A stretch of DNA of 61,757 bases, filler included, from 4 parts of 4 records of this genome joined end to end with filler, not necessarily neighbours in it; one strand, 5' to 3'; shown: positions 19,198 to 29,488, numbered from the whole stretch's first letter. Numbers and translations are program-made. The notes: generated from the sequence alone by a model not told the origin.

Positions 19198-19815
19198 TCA
19201 CTTTTCATAGCGAAGCAGAAAATCTTCGGCTGAAAGGTTTCTGAAATCGTCAAGTGCAGCGCGCAAATCTTGGTGGCTCCAGTCCCACCAGCAAAGCGTG
19301 TCCATGCGTTTTCCGGTCTCTTCGGAGAAGCGGCGCCTGATCGTTCTGGCAGGTACACCGCCGGCAATCGTGTAAGGAGCAACGTCTTTGGTGACGACTG
19401 CTCCGGCACCGATCACAGCGCCATTTCCGACCGTAACGCCCGGCAGGATGGTTGCCCCGTGACCGATCCAGACATCATGGCCAATGGTAACGCGTTTGCT
19501 GCGTCTTTGGGCGAAGAAGGCGTGGTCCTGTTCGGCATCGGGCCAGTAGGCGGCGGAGCGATATGTGAAATGATGCAGCGTGGCCCGCTCTACCGGGTGG
19601 TTCGTGGCGTTGATGCGCACGGCAGCGGCAATGTTGACGAATTTGCCGATGGTGGCGCACCAGACGGCACCATCCTGCATGATGTAGGAGTAATCACCCA
19701 TGTCCGTTTCGGCAATCCGGCAACGCTCGGCCACTTCTGTGTAGCGGCCAAGCGTGGAATCGGTAACGGATGCGGTCGGGTCGATACTGGGTTCCAGTCC
19801 AAGTGATTTGGTCAT
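19198..19815 (-). CDS. Hexapeptide-repeat acetyltransferase of phn clusters
   Basis: TNHP-x2[41 protein letters not shown]. Confidence 0.9.
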   Translation of the reverse strand: MTKSLGLEPSIDPTASVTDSTLGRYTEVAERCRIAETDMGDYSYIMQDGAVWCATIGKFVNIAAAVRINATNHPVERATLHHFTYRSAAYWPDAEQDHAFFAQRRSKRVTIGHDVWIGHGATILPGVTVGNGAVIGAGAVVTKDVAPYTIAGGVPARTIRRRFSEETGKRMDTLCWWDWSHQDLRAALDDFRNLSAEDFLLRYEK

Positions 19816-20519
19816 GCCGCGGTTTTTCGTGGTGAGAATTCAGACACATCAATAATCGTGTCGGCGATGGCGTTACGCACTTCCTCATCATGGAAGATGC
19901 CGAGAAGAGCGGTTCCCGCCTGTTTCTTTTCCGCAATCATTGCGATTACCACTTTGCGGTTTTCAGCATCCAGCGATGCGGTCGGCTCATCAAGAAGCAG
20001 AACCGGGTGATCGGTGATAAAGCCGCGGGCGATGTTGACGCGCTGCTGCTCACCGCCGGAAAACGTCGCCGGTGGCAGCTCCCAAAGGGCTTCCGGTAGA
20101 TTGAGGCGGGCAAGTTGTTCTTTTGCTTTGCTGCGTGCTTTTTTCTGACTGACACCACGCGCCAGAAGCGGCTCGGCGGCAACGTCAATTGCGGAAACAC
20201 GCGGCAGAGCGCGCAGGAACTGGCTGACATAGCCAAGCGTGTCTCGCCGGACGGACAAAACCTTGCGCGCATCGGCGCTGGCGAGATCTGTGATCTGGTC
20301 ATGATGGCAGATCAGGATCTGGCCGCTGTCAACGGCATAATTGCCGTAAATCATCTTCAGGATCGAGCTTTTCCCGATGCCGGATGGGCCGCCCAGGACG
20401 GCGCAGCTTCCGGCTCCCACGGAAAAAGAGGCATTGTTGATGACCGGAAGTGTAATCCCGCCACGCAGATGCATTGTGAAGCTTTTTGTTACCTCGGAAA
20501 CGATCAGGGGTGTTGCCAT
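19812..20519 (-). CDS. phnL: C-P lyase system ATP-binding protein PhnL
   Basis: [39 protein letters not shown]. Confidence 0.96.
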   Translation of the reverse strand: MATPLIVSEVTKSFTMHLRGGITLPVINNASFSVGAGSCAVLGGPSGIGKSSILKMIYGNYAVDSGQILICHHDQITDLASADARKVLSVRRDTLGYVSQFLRALPRVSAIDVAAEPLLARGVSQKKARSKAKEQLARLNLPEALWELPPATFSGGEQQRVNIARGFITDHPVLLLDEPTASLDAENRKVVIAMIAEKKQAGTALLGIFHDEEVRNAIADTIIDVSEFSPRKTAA

Positions 20520-20523
20520 GATG

Positions 20524-21309
20524 TCAGACCTGCAAAATGGAGGAAACGAGAAGCTGGGTATAAGGCTCACGCGGATCGTCAAGCACGCGGTCCGTCAGAC
20601 CCTGTTCGATCACACGACCGTCCTTCATCACCATCATTCGGTGGGACAAAAGCCGGGCGACGGCCAGATCATGCGTAACGACAATGGCGGCCAGTGCCAG
20701 GTCATTGACGAGACTGCGAACAAGGTCGAGCAGGCGTGCCTGCACTGAAACATCAAGCCCCCCGGTCGGCTCATCCATGAACACAAGGCGCGGTCCGGTC
20801 ACCAGGTTGCGCGCAATCTGCAGGCGCTGCCGCATGCCGCCGGAAAAGGCGCGCGGCTGATCGTCGATCCGGTCTTCGGATATTTCGACGCGGTCGAGCC
20901 ATTTCGTCGCTGTTTCGCGAATATTGCCGTAATGCCGGTCGCCAACAGCCATCAGCCGTTCACCGACATTGGCCCCTGCCGAAACGGTCATGCGCAGACC
21001 GTCCGCCGGGTTCTGGTGAACGAAGCCCCAGTCGGTGCGCATCAGTACGCGCCGTTCGGCCTCGCTCATACGGTAAAGGTCGCCGAAGCGGCCATTGCGC
21101 ATCCGGTATTCCACTGTGCCCGTCGTCGGCATCAGTCGTGTGGAAATGCAATTGAGCAGCGTCGTCTTACCTGAGCCGCTTTCGCCGACGATGGCGAGCA
21201 CTTCACCGGGATAAATGTCGAAAGAAACGTCAAGGCAGCCGGGTCGCTTGCCGTAAAACTTCGAGACGCTGCTCACTTTCAAAAGCGGATTGCCCTGTTC
21301 GGGGATCAT
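20524..21309 (-). CDS. phnK: C-P lyase system ATP-binding protein PhnK
   Basis: GESGSGKTT, WGFVHQNP, FSGGMRQR, PYTQLLVSS. Confidence 0.96.
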   Translation of the reverse strand: MIPEQGNPLLKVSSVSKFYGKRPGCLDVSFDIYPGEVLAIVGESGSGKTTLLNCISTRLMPTTGTVEYRMRNGRFGDLYRMSEAERRVLMRTDWGFVHQNPADGLRMTVSAGANVGERLMAVGDRHYGNIRETATKWLDRVEISEDRIDDQPRAFSGGMRQRLQIARNLVTGPRLVFMDEPTGGLDVSVQARLLDLVRSLVNDLALAAIVVTHDLAVARLLSHRMMVMKDGRVIEQGLTDRVLDDPREPYTQLLVSSILQV

Positions 21310-22199
21310 AGCGTGTCTCCTTCAAAAAGTCCGGCCTGATCACCGTTATGGCCTGCTATCCGGCGGCTTTCGCAATAATCGGTGTCCGAGCAGACAAACA
21401 TGCGTTTGCCCCTGTCATCGAGAACGACTTCATCAAGGTAGACACTCTTTGCCCCGCACAATGCACAGGGCTGCTCGAAGTGCTGGATCTCAAACGGGTG
21501 ATCTTCAAAATCGAGGCTGACGACCTCGGTATGCGGCGGGATGGCGTAAATCCGCTTTTCGCGGCCCGCGCCGAAAAGCTGCAGAGCTTCGGCCCTGTTC
21601 ATCTTCGGATTGTCGAATTTTGGCGTGGGCGATGGGTCCATGACGTAACGGTCATTGACCTTGACCGGATAGGCATAGGTCGTGGCGATGTGGCCGTTAT
21701 GGGCGATATCCTCATAAAGCTTCACATGCATCAGGCCATATTCTTCCAGCGCATGCATTTTCCGGGTTTCGGTTTCACGCGGCTCCAGAAAACGCAAAGG
21801 CTCCGGGATCGGCACCTGAAACACGATCACCTGACCAGGCTTCAGCGGCTCTTCGGGGATGCGGTGACGGGTCTGGATGATTGATGCTTCACCGGTATGT
21901 GTTGTGGTTTCCACCTGTGCGACGGTCTGGAAGAATTTTCGGATCGAGACGGCGTTGGTGGTGTCGTCCGCGCCCTGATCAATCACCTTCAGGCGATCAT
22001 CCGGCCCGATGATCGAAGCAGTCACCTGTACGCCACCCGTGCCCCAGCCATAAGGCATTGGCATCTCGCGTGAGGCAAACGGCACCTGATAACCGGGGAT
22101 TGCGATTGCCTTCAGGATCGCCCGGCGGATCATCCGCTTGGTTTGTTCATCAAGATAGGCGAAGTTGTAGGTTGCCAGTTCACAAGCGTGTGCGTTCAT
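21306..22199 (-). CDS. phnJ: Alpha-D-ribose 1-methylphosphonate 5-phosphate C-P lyase (radical SAM)
   Basis: YNFAYLDEQTKRMIRR, PGYQVPF, CxxC-x21-C-x5-C (CALC...CSDTDYC). Confidence 0.98.
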   Translation of the reverse strand: MNAHACELATYNFAYLDEQTKRMIRRAILKAIAIPGYQVPFASREMPMPYGWGTGGVQVTASIIGPDDRLKVIDQGADDTTNAVSIRKFFQTVAQVETTTHTGEASIIQTRHRIPEEPLKPGQVIVFQVPIPEPLRFLEPRETETRKMHALEEYGLMHVKLYEDIAHNGHIATTYAYPVKVNDRYVMDPSPTPKFDNPKMNRAEALQLFGAGREKRIYAIPPHTEVVSLDFEDHPFEIQHFEQPCALCGAKSVYLDEVVLDDRGKRMFVCSDTDYCESRRIAGHNGDQAGLFEGDTL

Positions 22200-22609
22200 T
22201 CCGCAACCTCCCCAAGATAACTTGAAAGTCTTTGCTCCAGCGTTCCGGTATGCAGTTCGAACATATGGTTGTCGTGGTCATAGAAGTAGATTGACCGTCC
22301 TTCTCCGTCGACGCGGTCCCGCGGCGGCCGTACATCAAGGCCGAGCGCCCTGACACGTTTCAGGCAGGTATCGAAATCGTCCTCATCAATCTTGAATGCG
22401 ACGTGGTTATAACTGCGTGAGGGCAGTGGTTCGCCCTTCATGATTGCAATCCATAGGTTTCCGGCCAGAAAGAACTTCTCTTCCGATAAAGAGTATGTGT
22501 CTTTTCCGCTGGAATAGACCTCTTTGCCGCCAAGAACCTCGATGATGATTTCTGCCATCCGGTCCAGGTCGCTCACGATGAAAGTCATATGAGACAGCCC
22601 GCTGATCAT
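22196..22609 (-). CDS. fosX: FosX-family fosfomycin epoxide hydrolase (VOC fold)
   Basis: GLSHMTF (H7), SEEKFF (E44), YNHVAF (H69), EGRSIYFYD, FELHTGTL (E118); ATGA overlaps with phnI and phnJ. Confidence 0.92.
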   Translation of the reverse strand: MISGLSHMTFIVSDLDRMAEIIIEVLGGKEVYSSGKDTYSLSEEKFFLAGNLWIAIMKGEPLPSRSYNHVAFKIDEDDFDTCLKRVRALGLDVRPPRDRVDGEGRSIYFYDHDNHMFELHTGTLEQRLSSYLGEVAE

Positions 22610-23709
22610 TCCGCAGCCTCCCTTTCATTTCCGTGCCTGCTTGCTTCTTCAAAGGTGCGGCGCATGCGGCGTACAAGATCAAGCTCAGCCTGAAAATCGA
22701 CGTAATGCGGAAGTTTCAGATGTTCGACGAAACCGGTCGCCTGGACATTGTCGCAATGGGAAATCACGAATTCCTCATCCTGTGCGGGGTGGTTCCTGTC
22801 TTCGCCGAGTTCATCTGCCCTGAGCGCCCGATCAACGAGCGACATGGCCATGGCCTTGCGTTCTGATTGGCCGAAGACGAGTCCGTAACCGCGGGTGAAC
22901 TGCGGCGGAGCTTTTGCCGATCCTTTGAACTGATTGACCATCTGGCATTCTGTCAGGCGAATATCGCCGAGGGAAACGGCAAAGCCCATTTCTGGAATAT
23001 CCATTTCAACCTCGACCATGCCGATACGAATTTCACCTGCGAAGGGGTGGCTGCGGCCATAACCGCGCTGGGTGGAGTAGGCGAGCGAGAGAAGAAAGCC
23101 TTCATCACCGCGCGCCAGTGCCTGAAGGCGGATATCGCGTGCCATCGGAAAGTCGAGCGGCTCGCGGGTGATGTCGCCGGGGCGATGATCATCCGGCAGG
23201 CTGCCATCGTCCTCGATCAGCCCTTCACCGGCCAGAATGTCGGAGACCCGCATTGCCTTGCCGTCATCCGTGCTACGTGTGGCGGGCCGATCAACACTGT
23301 TCTCGTCCAAAAGCGACGGGTCGAGCAGACGGTGGGTGTAGTCGAAGGTCGGGCCTAAAAGCTGGCCGCCCGGCAGGTCCTTGTAGGTTGCCGAAATCCG
23401 ACGTTCGATGCGCATATTGCCTGTATCAAGCGGTTCGGAAGAACCAAACCGAGGCAGGGTGGTGCGATAGGCTCGCAACAGAAATATGGCCTCAATCACA
23501 TCGCCGCGCGCTTGCTTTAATGAGAGTGCAGCAAGTTCCTTGTCATAGAGCGAGGCCTCCGACATCACCCGGTCCACAGCCAGTGCCATCTGGGCAATGA
23601 TCTGGTCGATGGTAATTGCCGGGAGATTGCGATCGCCGCGTCTTCGGTCTGCCAGAAGACGGTGGGCGTTTTCAATGGCGGCTTCGCCGCCTTTCACTGC
23701 CACATACAT
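22606..23709 (-). CDS. phnI: C-P lyase complex subunit PhnI
   Basis: MYVAVKGGE, RRISATYKD, GFVEHLKLPHYVDFQAEL. Confidence 0.98.
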   Translation of the reverse strand: MYVAVKGGEAAIENAHRLLADRRRGDRNLPAITIDQIIAQMALAVDRVMSEASLYDKELAALSLKQARGDVIEAIFLLRAYRTTLPRFGSSEPLDTGNMRIERRISATYKDLPGGQLLGPTFDYTHRLLDPSLLDENSVDRPATRSTDDGKAMRVSDILAGEGLIEDDGSLPDDHRPGDITREPLDFPMARDIRLQALARGDEGFLLSLAYSTQRGYGRSHPFAGEIRIGMVEVEMDIPEMGFAVSLGDIRLTECQMVNQFKGSAKAPPQFTRGYGLVFGQSERKAMAMSLVDRALRADELGEDRNHPAQDEEFVISHCDNVQATGFVEHLKLPHYVDFQAELDLVRRMRRTFEEASRHGNEREAAE

Positions 23710-23715
23710 ATCGTC

Positions 23716-24324
23716 TCAGCCTCCCTCATGTGTGATGGTGGTGCTGCGCGGCAAGCAGAAAAGCTGCGACCCGCAGGTGAACACAATATCGATACCGCGT
23801 GGAAAACTGGCGCGGTTTCCCGCCCAGCGCGCCATGAAATGAGGCGGAAGGCCTTGCGGTGCGATTGCGCGTTTGCCTTTGATGCCGGGGCCGGAAAGAA
23901 CGATTATCTCACCGCCTTCAAAAGCCGTCAGTTCGATCACCAGGGTTGTCGAGCGGTCGGGATATTCCTGGCTGCCGGTGGCAAACAGCTCAAAAGAGGG
24001 GATCGTGGCGCCTTTCTCGATCACTGCAAAGGCGCAGGACGATTTTTCTTCTTTCTCCGCTGCACCACAGTGAAAGGACAGCCAGCTTTTTAACGCTGTT
24101 TCCGCCAATGTAGGTGTCAGCCAGACAGGAGTGTCGGCATCCAGCAGGGTCAGAAGGACAGCACTCATCGCCGTGCCGACCGGTTGAGGGGCATGTGTTT
24201 CACTGTGAATTTCGCGAATACTGCCTGGCTCTGCCATCCCGTCCATCACGGCACGGAAGACAGACTGTGAATTGAAGACGGGCTGATCAAACCCGCCATG
24301 AAGAATTGCTGTTTTCTCTTCCAT
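23716..24324 (-). CDS. phnH: C-P lyase complex subunit PhnH
   Basis: Q-x2-FRAVMD, LLDADTPVW, FHCGA, YPDRS, GPGI, FPRGID; TGATG overlap with phnG. Confidence 0.95.
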   Translation of the reverse strand: MEEKTAILHGGFDQPVFNSQSVFRAVMDGMAEPGSIREIHSETHAPQPVGTAMSAVLLTLLDADTPVWLTPTLAETALKSWLSFHCGAAEKEEKSSCAFAVIEKGATIPSFELFATGSQEYPDRSTTLVIELTAFEGGEIIVLSGPGIKGKRAIAPQGLPPHFMARWAGNRASFPRGIDIVFTCGSQLFCLPRSTTITHEGG

Positions 24325-24803
24325 CAATTGTCTCCCCGGACCATTGTGAAAAAATCGACCCGTGTGGCAGCCGTCTCTTCCGCTTGTTTCGTACTCTCAG
24401 ATTCGACACGTCTGCGCACACCAGAAAGAAGTGCCTTCTCAAGCTTTTCAGCCATCGCAGGACGCTGAAACAATGCGTCGAAGATCGCAATCATCTGAGC
24501 TTTCTTCCTGTCGGTGCCGAGACAGTGGCCGTGCCCGACCAGTCCGTCCGAAAGCTTCACGCTCGCCCGACTCACGGTGGTTTCACCCAGGTTGAAATTT
24601 GCGCCTCCACCGCCGATCCTGCCCCGAAGCATGACGAGTCCGGTCTCGGGACCGCGCAGCGGTGTGACGGTCTCGTCTCCGGCTGTGGTCTGCAGTGCCT
24701 GTTCCAGTTCCTGCGGGAGTGCGCGTGCAAGCAGGTGTGCAACCTTCTTGCGCGCGCTTGGCGCGTTGTCATTCGGTGTGCCGTTTATTGGTTGTGCAGC
24801 CAT
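24324..24803 (-). CDS. phnG: C-P lyase complex subunit PhnG
   Basis: PETGLVMLRGR, FNLGETTVSR, ATRVDFFTMVRG. Confidence 0.96.
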   Translation of the reverse strand: MAAQPINGTPNDNAPSARKKVAHLLARALPQELEQALQTTAGDETVTPLRGPETGLVMLRGRIGGGGANFNLGETTVSRASVKLSDGLVGHGHCLGTDRKKAQMIAIFDALFQRPAMAEKLEKALLSGVRRRVESESTKQAEETAATRVDFFTMVRGDN

Positions 24804-24818
24804 TGTTTTATCCGTTAA

Positions 24819-24836
24819 TGTCTAATAATATAGACA
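24819..24836. promoter_or_regulatory. Putative PhnF operator
   Basis: Inverted repeat TGTCTA-N6-TAGACA between divergent phnG and phnF. Confidence 0.55.
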
Positions 24837-24867
24837 ACTATACATAAACATTGGATAGCAGCCGTGT

Positions 24868-24885
24868 ATGACACACTTATGACCT
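24868..24885 (-). promoter_or_regulatory. PHO box upstream of phnG
   Basis: Minus strand AGGTCAT-AAGT-GTGTCAT (GTCAT repeated at 11 bp); TATCCA 10 nt downstream as possible -10. Confidence 0.72.
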
Positions 24886-24897
24886 TCAGCCCGGCGA

Positions 24898-25668
24898 ATG
24901 GATGAAACGACAATGCCCCGAATATTTGATGCCGATGACAGTCTCGTGCGCATTAATGGTGTTGCGCTCTGGCGGCAGATCGCTGACCGCATACGCCAGT
25001 CGATCGCCAATAACGAGTACAATGCTTCGGGAATGATCCCACCGGAAACCGAACTGGCGGAACGTTTTGGGGTTAATCGTCATACTGTGCGCGCAGCAGT
25101 TGCCGCGCTGTCACGAGAAGGGGTTTTACGGTCAGAGCGAGGGCGCGGAACGTTTATCGTTCGCCACGAACGCTACTCTTTTCCCATTTCGCGGAGAACA
25201 CGCTTTGCCGAGGGACTCGGTACGCAGGCGCGTGTGTTTGATGGCGATCTTCTGGAAGCGGACGAGGAATTGGCAGATGTTACACTTGCCAGCCGTCTCG
25301 GACTTGTTTCAGGTGATAAGGTGATTCGAATCGAAACCGTCCGTCGGGCAGATGGCGTCGCTTTGTCGCGGGCATCAAGCTGGTTCCCGGCCGGGCGTTT
25401 CGCGGGCATTGCGGATGCTTTCGCCGAAACGCTTTCGGTTACGATGGCCTTTCGCAAGCTTGGTCTTGATGATTATGTCAGAAAACACACGGATATAACT
25501 GCAAGTCACGCCATGCCGGAGGACTGCAAGGCGCTTGGTTTGTCTCCAGGGGCGATTGTTCTGGTCTCGACGTCACTGAATGCTGACCTTGATGGTGTTC
25601 CAGTGCAATATGCCGTCACCCGTTTTGCGGCTGACCGGGTGCGCATCAGCATCGACAGCGATGTGTAG
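24898..25668 (+). CDS. phnF: GntR/HutC-family phosphonate regulator
   Basis: LWRQIAD, FGVNRHTVR, GRGTF HTH plus UTRA domain; divergent from phnG; start uncertain. Confidence 0.93.
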   Translation: MDETTMPRIFDADDSLVRINGVALWRQIADRIRQSIANNEYNASGMIPPETELAERFGVNRHTVRAAVAALSREGVLRSERGRGTFIVRHERYSFPISRRTRFAEGLGTQARVFDGDLLEADEELADVTLASRLGLVSGDKVIRIETVRRADGVALSRASSWFPAGRFAGIADAFAETLSVTMAFRKLGLDDYVRKHTDITASHAMPEDCKALGLSPGAIVLVSTSLNADLDGVPVQYAVTRFAADRVRISIDSDV

Positions 25669-25827
25669 GAGGCTTGTTTTTTGCTGTTTATTCATCTGTG
25701 TGTTCTTCTGTTCCTGCTGTCCTTTGGTGTTGACAGTGTTATACGGAACCCTGTTCCCGCTGCCGAAATATAAGCGGATCTGTTATAACGGATACGCCCG
25801 GGGCGCCTGACGAGGGAGATTGTGGAT

Positions 25828-26928
25828 ATGCGCACGCCTTCATTTTTATATGTTGCCGGTCTTGCTGCGATAGTCGCGGCAGGTTTGCCTGTGCGCGCCG
25901 AAGCTTTTGAATATCGCCAGATCGATGACTGGGCGGTTAGCTGCAACAACGGTTATGGCTGCACTATCTCGTTTAATCCCCCCGCCAGCAAAAACAGCGG
26001 ATTTGTCATGGCTGCGATACAGTGGCATCGCAGCGTTGATCCGAATGCGCCGTTGACCTTGAGCCTGCCTTATCCACCTGGGTTTCAGGAAAAGGGGGAC
26101 CCTAAAGGGCAGTTTGACATTTCTGTAGACGGGGCCGGTGTCTTTTCCGTCGGCGCCGGGGAAATTACGAAGAACAGTTCGTCAGGAGCGCGTGACATAT
26201 CTGATCCCGGCGCGGTGATGGCGCTCTTCCGGCGCATGGCCGCCGGCACGGTGGCAACGGTGGCTTATAGTGGCGGCCTGGGAGAGTTTAAGACCAGTAT
26301 CAGACTCGGTGGGCTTTCCGGCAGTGCGCGCTTCATCGATGTTTATCAGGGGCGTGAGGGCCGCAGTGATGCCATCATAGCACCCGGTGATGTTGCGCCA
26401 CCTGAGAAGACGGATGTTTGGTCGATTGAGGTCTATGACGACCTGCCGGACTCGATCCTCCGCAACATTACGGATGAGAACAGTTTTTGCTATACTGATG
26501 AGCCACATCTGGAACAGGCCGATGCATTCGGCTTCAGAGGTAAGTCAACGACCATGATCGTGCTGCCCTGCGGTGCAAGTGGTGCCTATAACCAGCCATA
26601 CCAGATCTATGTCGGACGGGATCAGGACTTTCATCGTTCCGAATTTCCGAATTTCGGGATAGACGGAATTACCGTACTGGATACGGTTTACAACGTTAAT
26701 TTTGATCTGAAAAACATGAAGCTGTCGTCAACCTATCTTGGTCGCGGGCTCGGTGATTGCGGCCTGGCGCATTACTGGCGGATTGATCCGGAAGCCAGTG
26801 GAAACCCGCTGATATTGACGCATGAGCGCGCGAAAAATGCCTGTGACGGCAATGATGTTGGCGCGGAAAACTGGCCACTGATCTGGCAGGCCGGAAAGTT
26901 GCCTGCCATCCAGGCGGAAGCTGAGTAG
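25828..26928 (+). CDS. DUF1176-family exported protein
   Basis: Signal peptide, DWAVSCNN-x3-C, C-x2-GAYN, GRGLGDCG; alternative GTG at 25822. Confidence 0.75.
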   Translation: MRTPSFLYVAGLAAIVAAGLPVRAEAFEYRQIDDWAVSCNNGYGCTISFNPPASKNSGFVMAAIQWHRSVDPNAPLTLSLPYPPGFQEKGDPKGQFDISVDGAGVFSVGAGEITKNSSSGARDISDPGAVMALFRRMAAGTVATVAYSGGLGEFKTSIRLGGLSGSARFIDVYQGREGRSDAIIAPGDVAPPEKTDVWSIEVYDDLPDSILRNITDENSFCYTDEPHLEQADAFGFRGKSTTMIVLPCGASGAYNQPYQIYVGRDQDFHRSEFPNFGIDGITVLDTVYNVNFDLKNMKLSSTYLGRGLGDCGLAHYWRIDPEASGNPLILTHERAKNACDGNDVGAENWPLIWQAGKLPAIQAEAE

Positions 26929-26946
26929 CAGGGCGCTCCGTCAGGA

Positions 26947-27354
26947 TCAGAAGTCACCCAGACCGTTTCGCTTTTTTTCTTCGGCGATCAAACGGATATG
27001 ATTGACGTTCTCCCGGAAAAGGAATGAGGCTCCCGCGATCATCGCGATGCAGATCGCAAACATGGCGCCAATCATGGCATCGCGTGCGAAATTCTCGGAC
27101 AGCAAGTTGCCGATTGAATTTGCATTCGTCGAGGTGGTGAAGTTCAGGTAATCGCTGAAGACGAGAGCCGGTGAGCTGGAAAGACTTTGGCCGGAAAGGG
27201 CGTTCATGCTCTCATTGGCAGCTGTTGCCTGATGTGGTGCGAGCATCGCGATAACCGGAATCGGGGCGATTGAATACGTTGTCCGGTGTAGCGCTTTGGT
27301 GCTCAGAGCCTGCTTTACTTGGCTCCAGAGCCGTAATTTTTTTCGCTGTTTCAT
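26947..27354 (-). CDS. Hypothetical membrane-anchored protein
   Basis: 135-aa ORF with upstream AGG, hydrophobic segments near N- and C-terminus; no family recognised. Confidence 0.55.
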   Translation of the reverse strand: MKQRKKLRLWSQVKQALSTKALHRTTYSIAPIPVIAMLAPHQATAANESMNALSGQSLSSSPALVFSDYLNFTTSTNANSIGNLLSENFARDAMIGAMFAICIAMIAGASFLFRENVNHIRLIAEEKKRNGLGDF

Positions 27355-27603
27355 AAACCTGTCCTGCCGCGTTTCGTTCGATTGCCTGCATTAAAGACAT
27401 GCGATTGCGACAAGATCGGGACCGCAAAAGGACGTGGGGGACAGATTTCAAGGCACCTTTGTGGTAGGGTTAACAAAATCTTGCGTTTCGGTTCACATTC
27501 AAGGTTCTTCAGGTGCCGCCGGCGGCGGAACTTGCCATTCTTGTGGCTTCTTTTGCTTTAAAGACGCGGATAGCGCTTGAAACCGCCGTCAAACTGCGCT
27601 TAG

Positions 27604-28170
<567 letters not shown>

Positions 28171-28270
28171 NNNNNNNNNNNNNNNNNNNNNNNNNNNNNN
28201 NNNNNNNNNNNNNNTTAATTAATTAANNNNNNNNNNNNNNNNNNNNNNNNNNNNNNNNNNNNNNNNNNNN
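28171..28270. other. Artificial contig spacer
   Basis: N44-TTAATTAATTAA-N44 (stops in all six frames); unrelated truncated genes on each side. Confidence 0.98.
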
Positions 28271-29335
28271 GGCGACGATTTCGGCGTGAAGGGCTTTGAC
28301 GGAACCGGCCCCTACTGCTTCGAAAGCTGGGAGCCGCGCAACCAGCTCATCATGACCAAGCATGAAGGCTACAACTGGGGACCGGATTTCTACAAGAACA
28401 CGGGCCCGGCGAAGATCGACAAGGTCGTCTGGAAAATCGTTCCGGAAGACAATAACCGGGTTGCCGGCCTGCAGACCAACCAGGGCGATCTCACTCAATA
28501 CCTGCCTTACTGGGCGATCGACCAGCTTGAGGCCAACCCGCAGATCTCCGTGACCTCCCCGCCGTTCTACTTCTGGACCTACTATGTCGGCTTCAAGATC
28601 ACGCGCGATATCGTGAATGATCTCGAAGTCCGCAAGGCGATCAACCTCGCCGTCGACCAGCAGGCCATGGCGGAAGGCCCCTTCTTCGGCAAAGCCGAAG
28701 CGGCCCATGCCTACACTCATCCGGGCACGCTCGACTACGCGGCCGACCAGATCGATGAGAGCCTGTTCGGATACGATCCGGAAAAGGCCGCCAAGATCCT
28801 CGACGACGCCGGCTGGAAAATGGGCTCGGACGGGTTCCGCGTGAAGGACGGCAAGAAGCTGGAGCTGGTTGCCTACAGCTTCTCCAACATCTGGCGCCAG
28901 GTGATGGAAGCCCTGCAGGGCGATCTCCGCAAAGTCGGCATCGACCTCAAGGTCGAAGTGTTCGACGCCACGGTGATCTGGGGCAAACTGAAGACCCAGG
29001 ATTTCGATCTCTACACCATGAGCTATCCCTATGTTTCAGCGGGCGATGCTCTGAACCTCTACTTCCCGTCCACCAACATGCCGACGCCGAACCGGATGAA
29101 CTGGGACAACGCCCAGACAGACGAATGGCTGAAGGAAGCACGCGGCGCCCTGACCGACGAAGCGCGCGCGGCAGCCTATGCAAAGGTCGAGAAGCAGGTG
29201 CATGACGCCGTTGTCTGGATCCCGATCGTGCACGAGCCGATGTTCGTCGCCGCCGGCCCGCGTCTGAAGCCGGTTGAGGCCCATGGCATCTACGGCGCCG
29301 GTCTCTACAAGGGACTGAGCCTCGAGCTGAAATAA
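28271..29335 (+). CDS. ABC transporter substrate-binding protein, family 5 (5' truncated)
   Basis: GTGPY, VRKAINLAVD, YDPEKAAKILDDAGW, LRKVGID. Confidence 0.9.
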   Translation, partial: GDDFGVKGFDGTGPYCFESWEPRNQLIMTKHEGYNWGPDFYKNTGPAKIDKVVWKIVPEDNNRVAGLQTNQGDLTQYLPYWAIDQLEANPQISVTSPPFYFWTYYVGFKITRDIVNDLEVRKAINLAVDQQAMAEGPFFGKAEAAHAYTHPGTLDYAADQIDESLFGYDPEKAAKILDDAGWKMGSDGFRVKDGKKLELVAYSFSNIWRQVMEALQGDLRKVGIDLKVEVFDATVIWGKLKTQDFDLYTMSYPYVSAGDALNLYFPSTNMPTPNRMNWDNAQTDEWLKEARGALTDEARAAAYAKVEKQVHDAVVWIPIVHEPMFVAAGPRLKPVEAHGIYGAGLYKGLSLELK

Positions 29336-29358
29336 GCTTTAGAGACACACTCGATAAG

Positions 29359-29392
29359 AGCGGAGCAGGATGATCCTGCTCCGCTTTTTTTT
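29359..29392 (+). terminator. Rho-independent terminator
   Basis: AGCGGAGCAGGA-TGA-TCCTGCTCCGCT followed by T-run. Confidence 0.9.
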
Positions 29393-29488
29393 GAAGGAAT
29401 GCAACTTTCGAAACTATTGACCCGATTATTTTCCTGTTATATCGATTTAAACTTGTCCATTTAGAAAATTCAGAGAGTAATTTTTCAA

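Noticed and set aside
19198..19815. Acetyltransferase as a chloramphenicol/streptogramin resistance gene
   Set aside because: Shares only the hexapeptide fold; position and the HHFTYR motif fit the phn-associated family
28215..28226. TTAATTAATTAA palindrome (also at 40847-40858 and 54435-54446) as a biological repeat or CtrA site
   Set aside because: Embedded in N runs of fixed length; an artificial six-frame-stop linker
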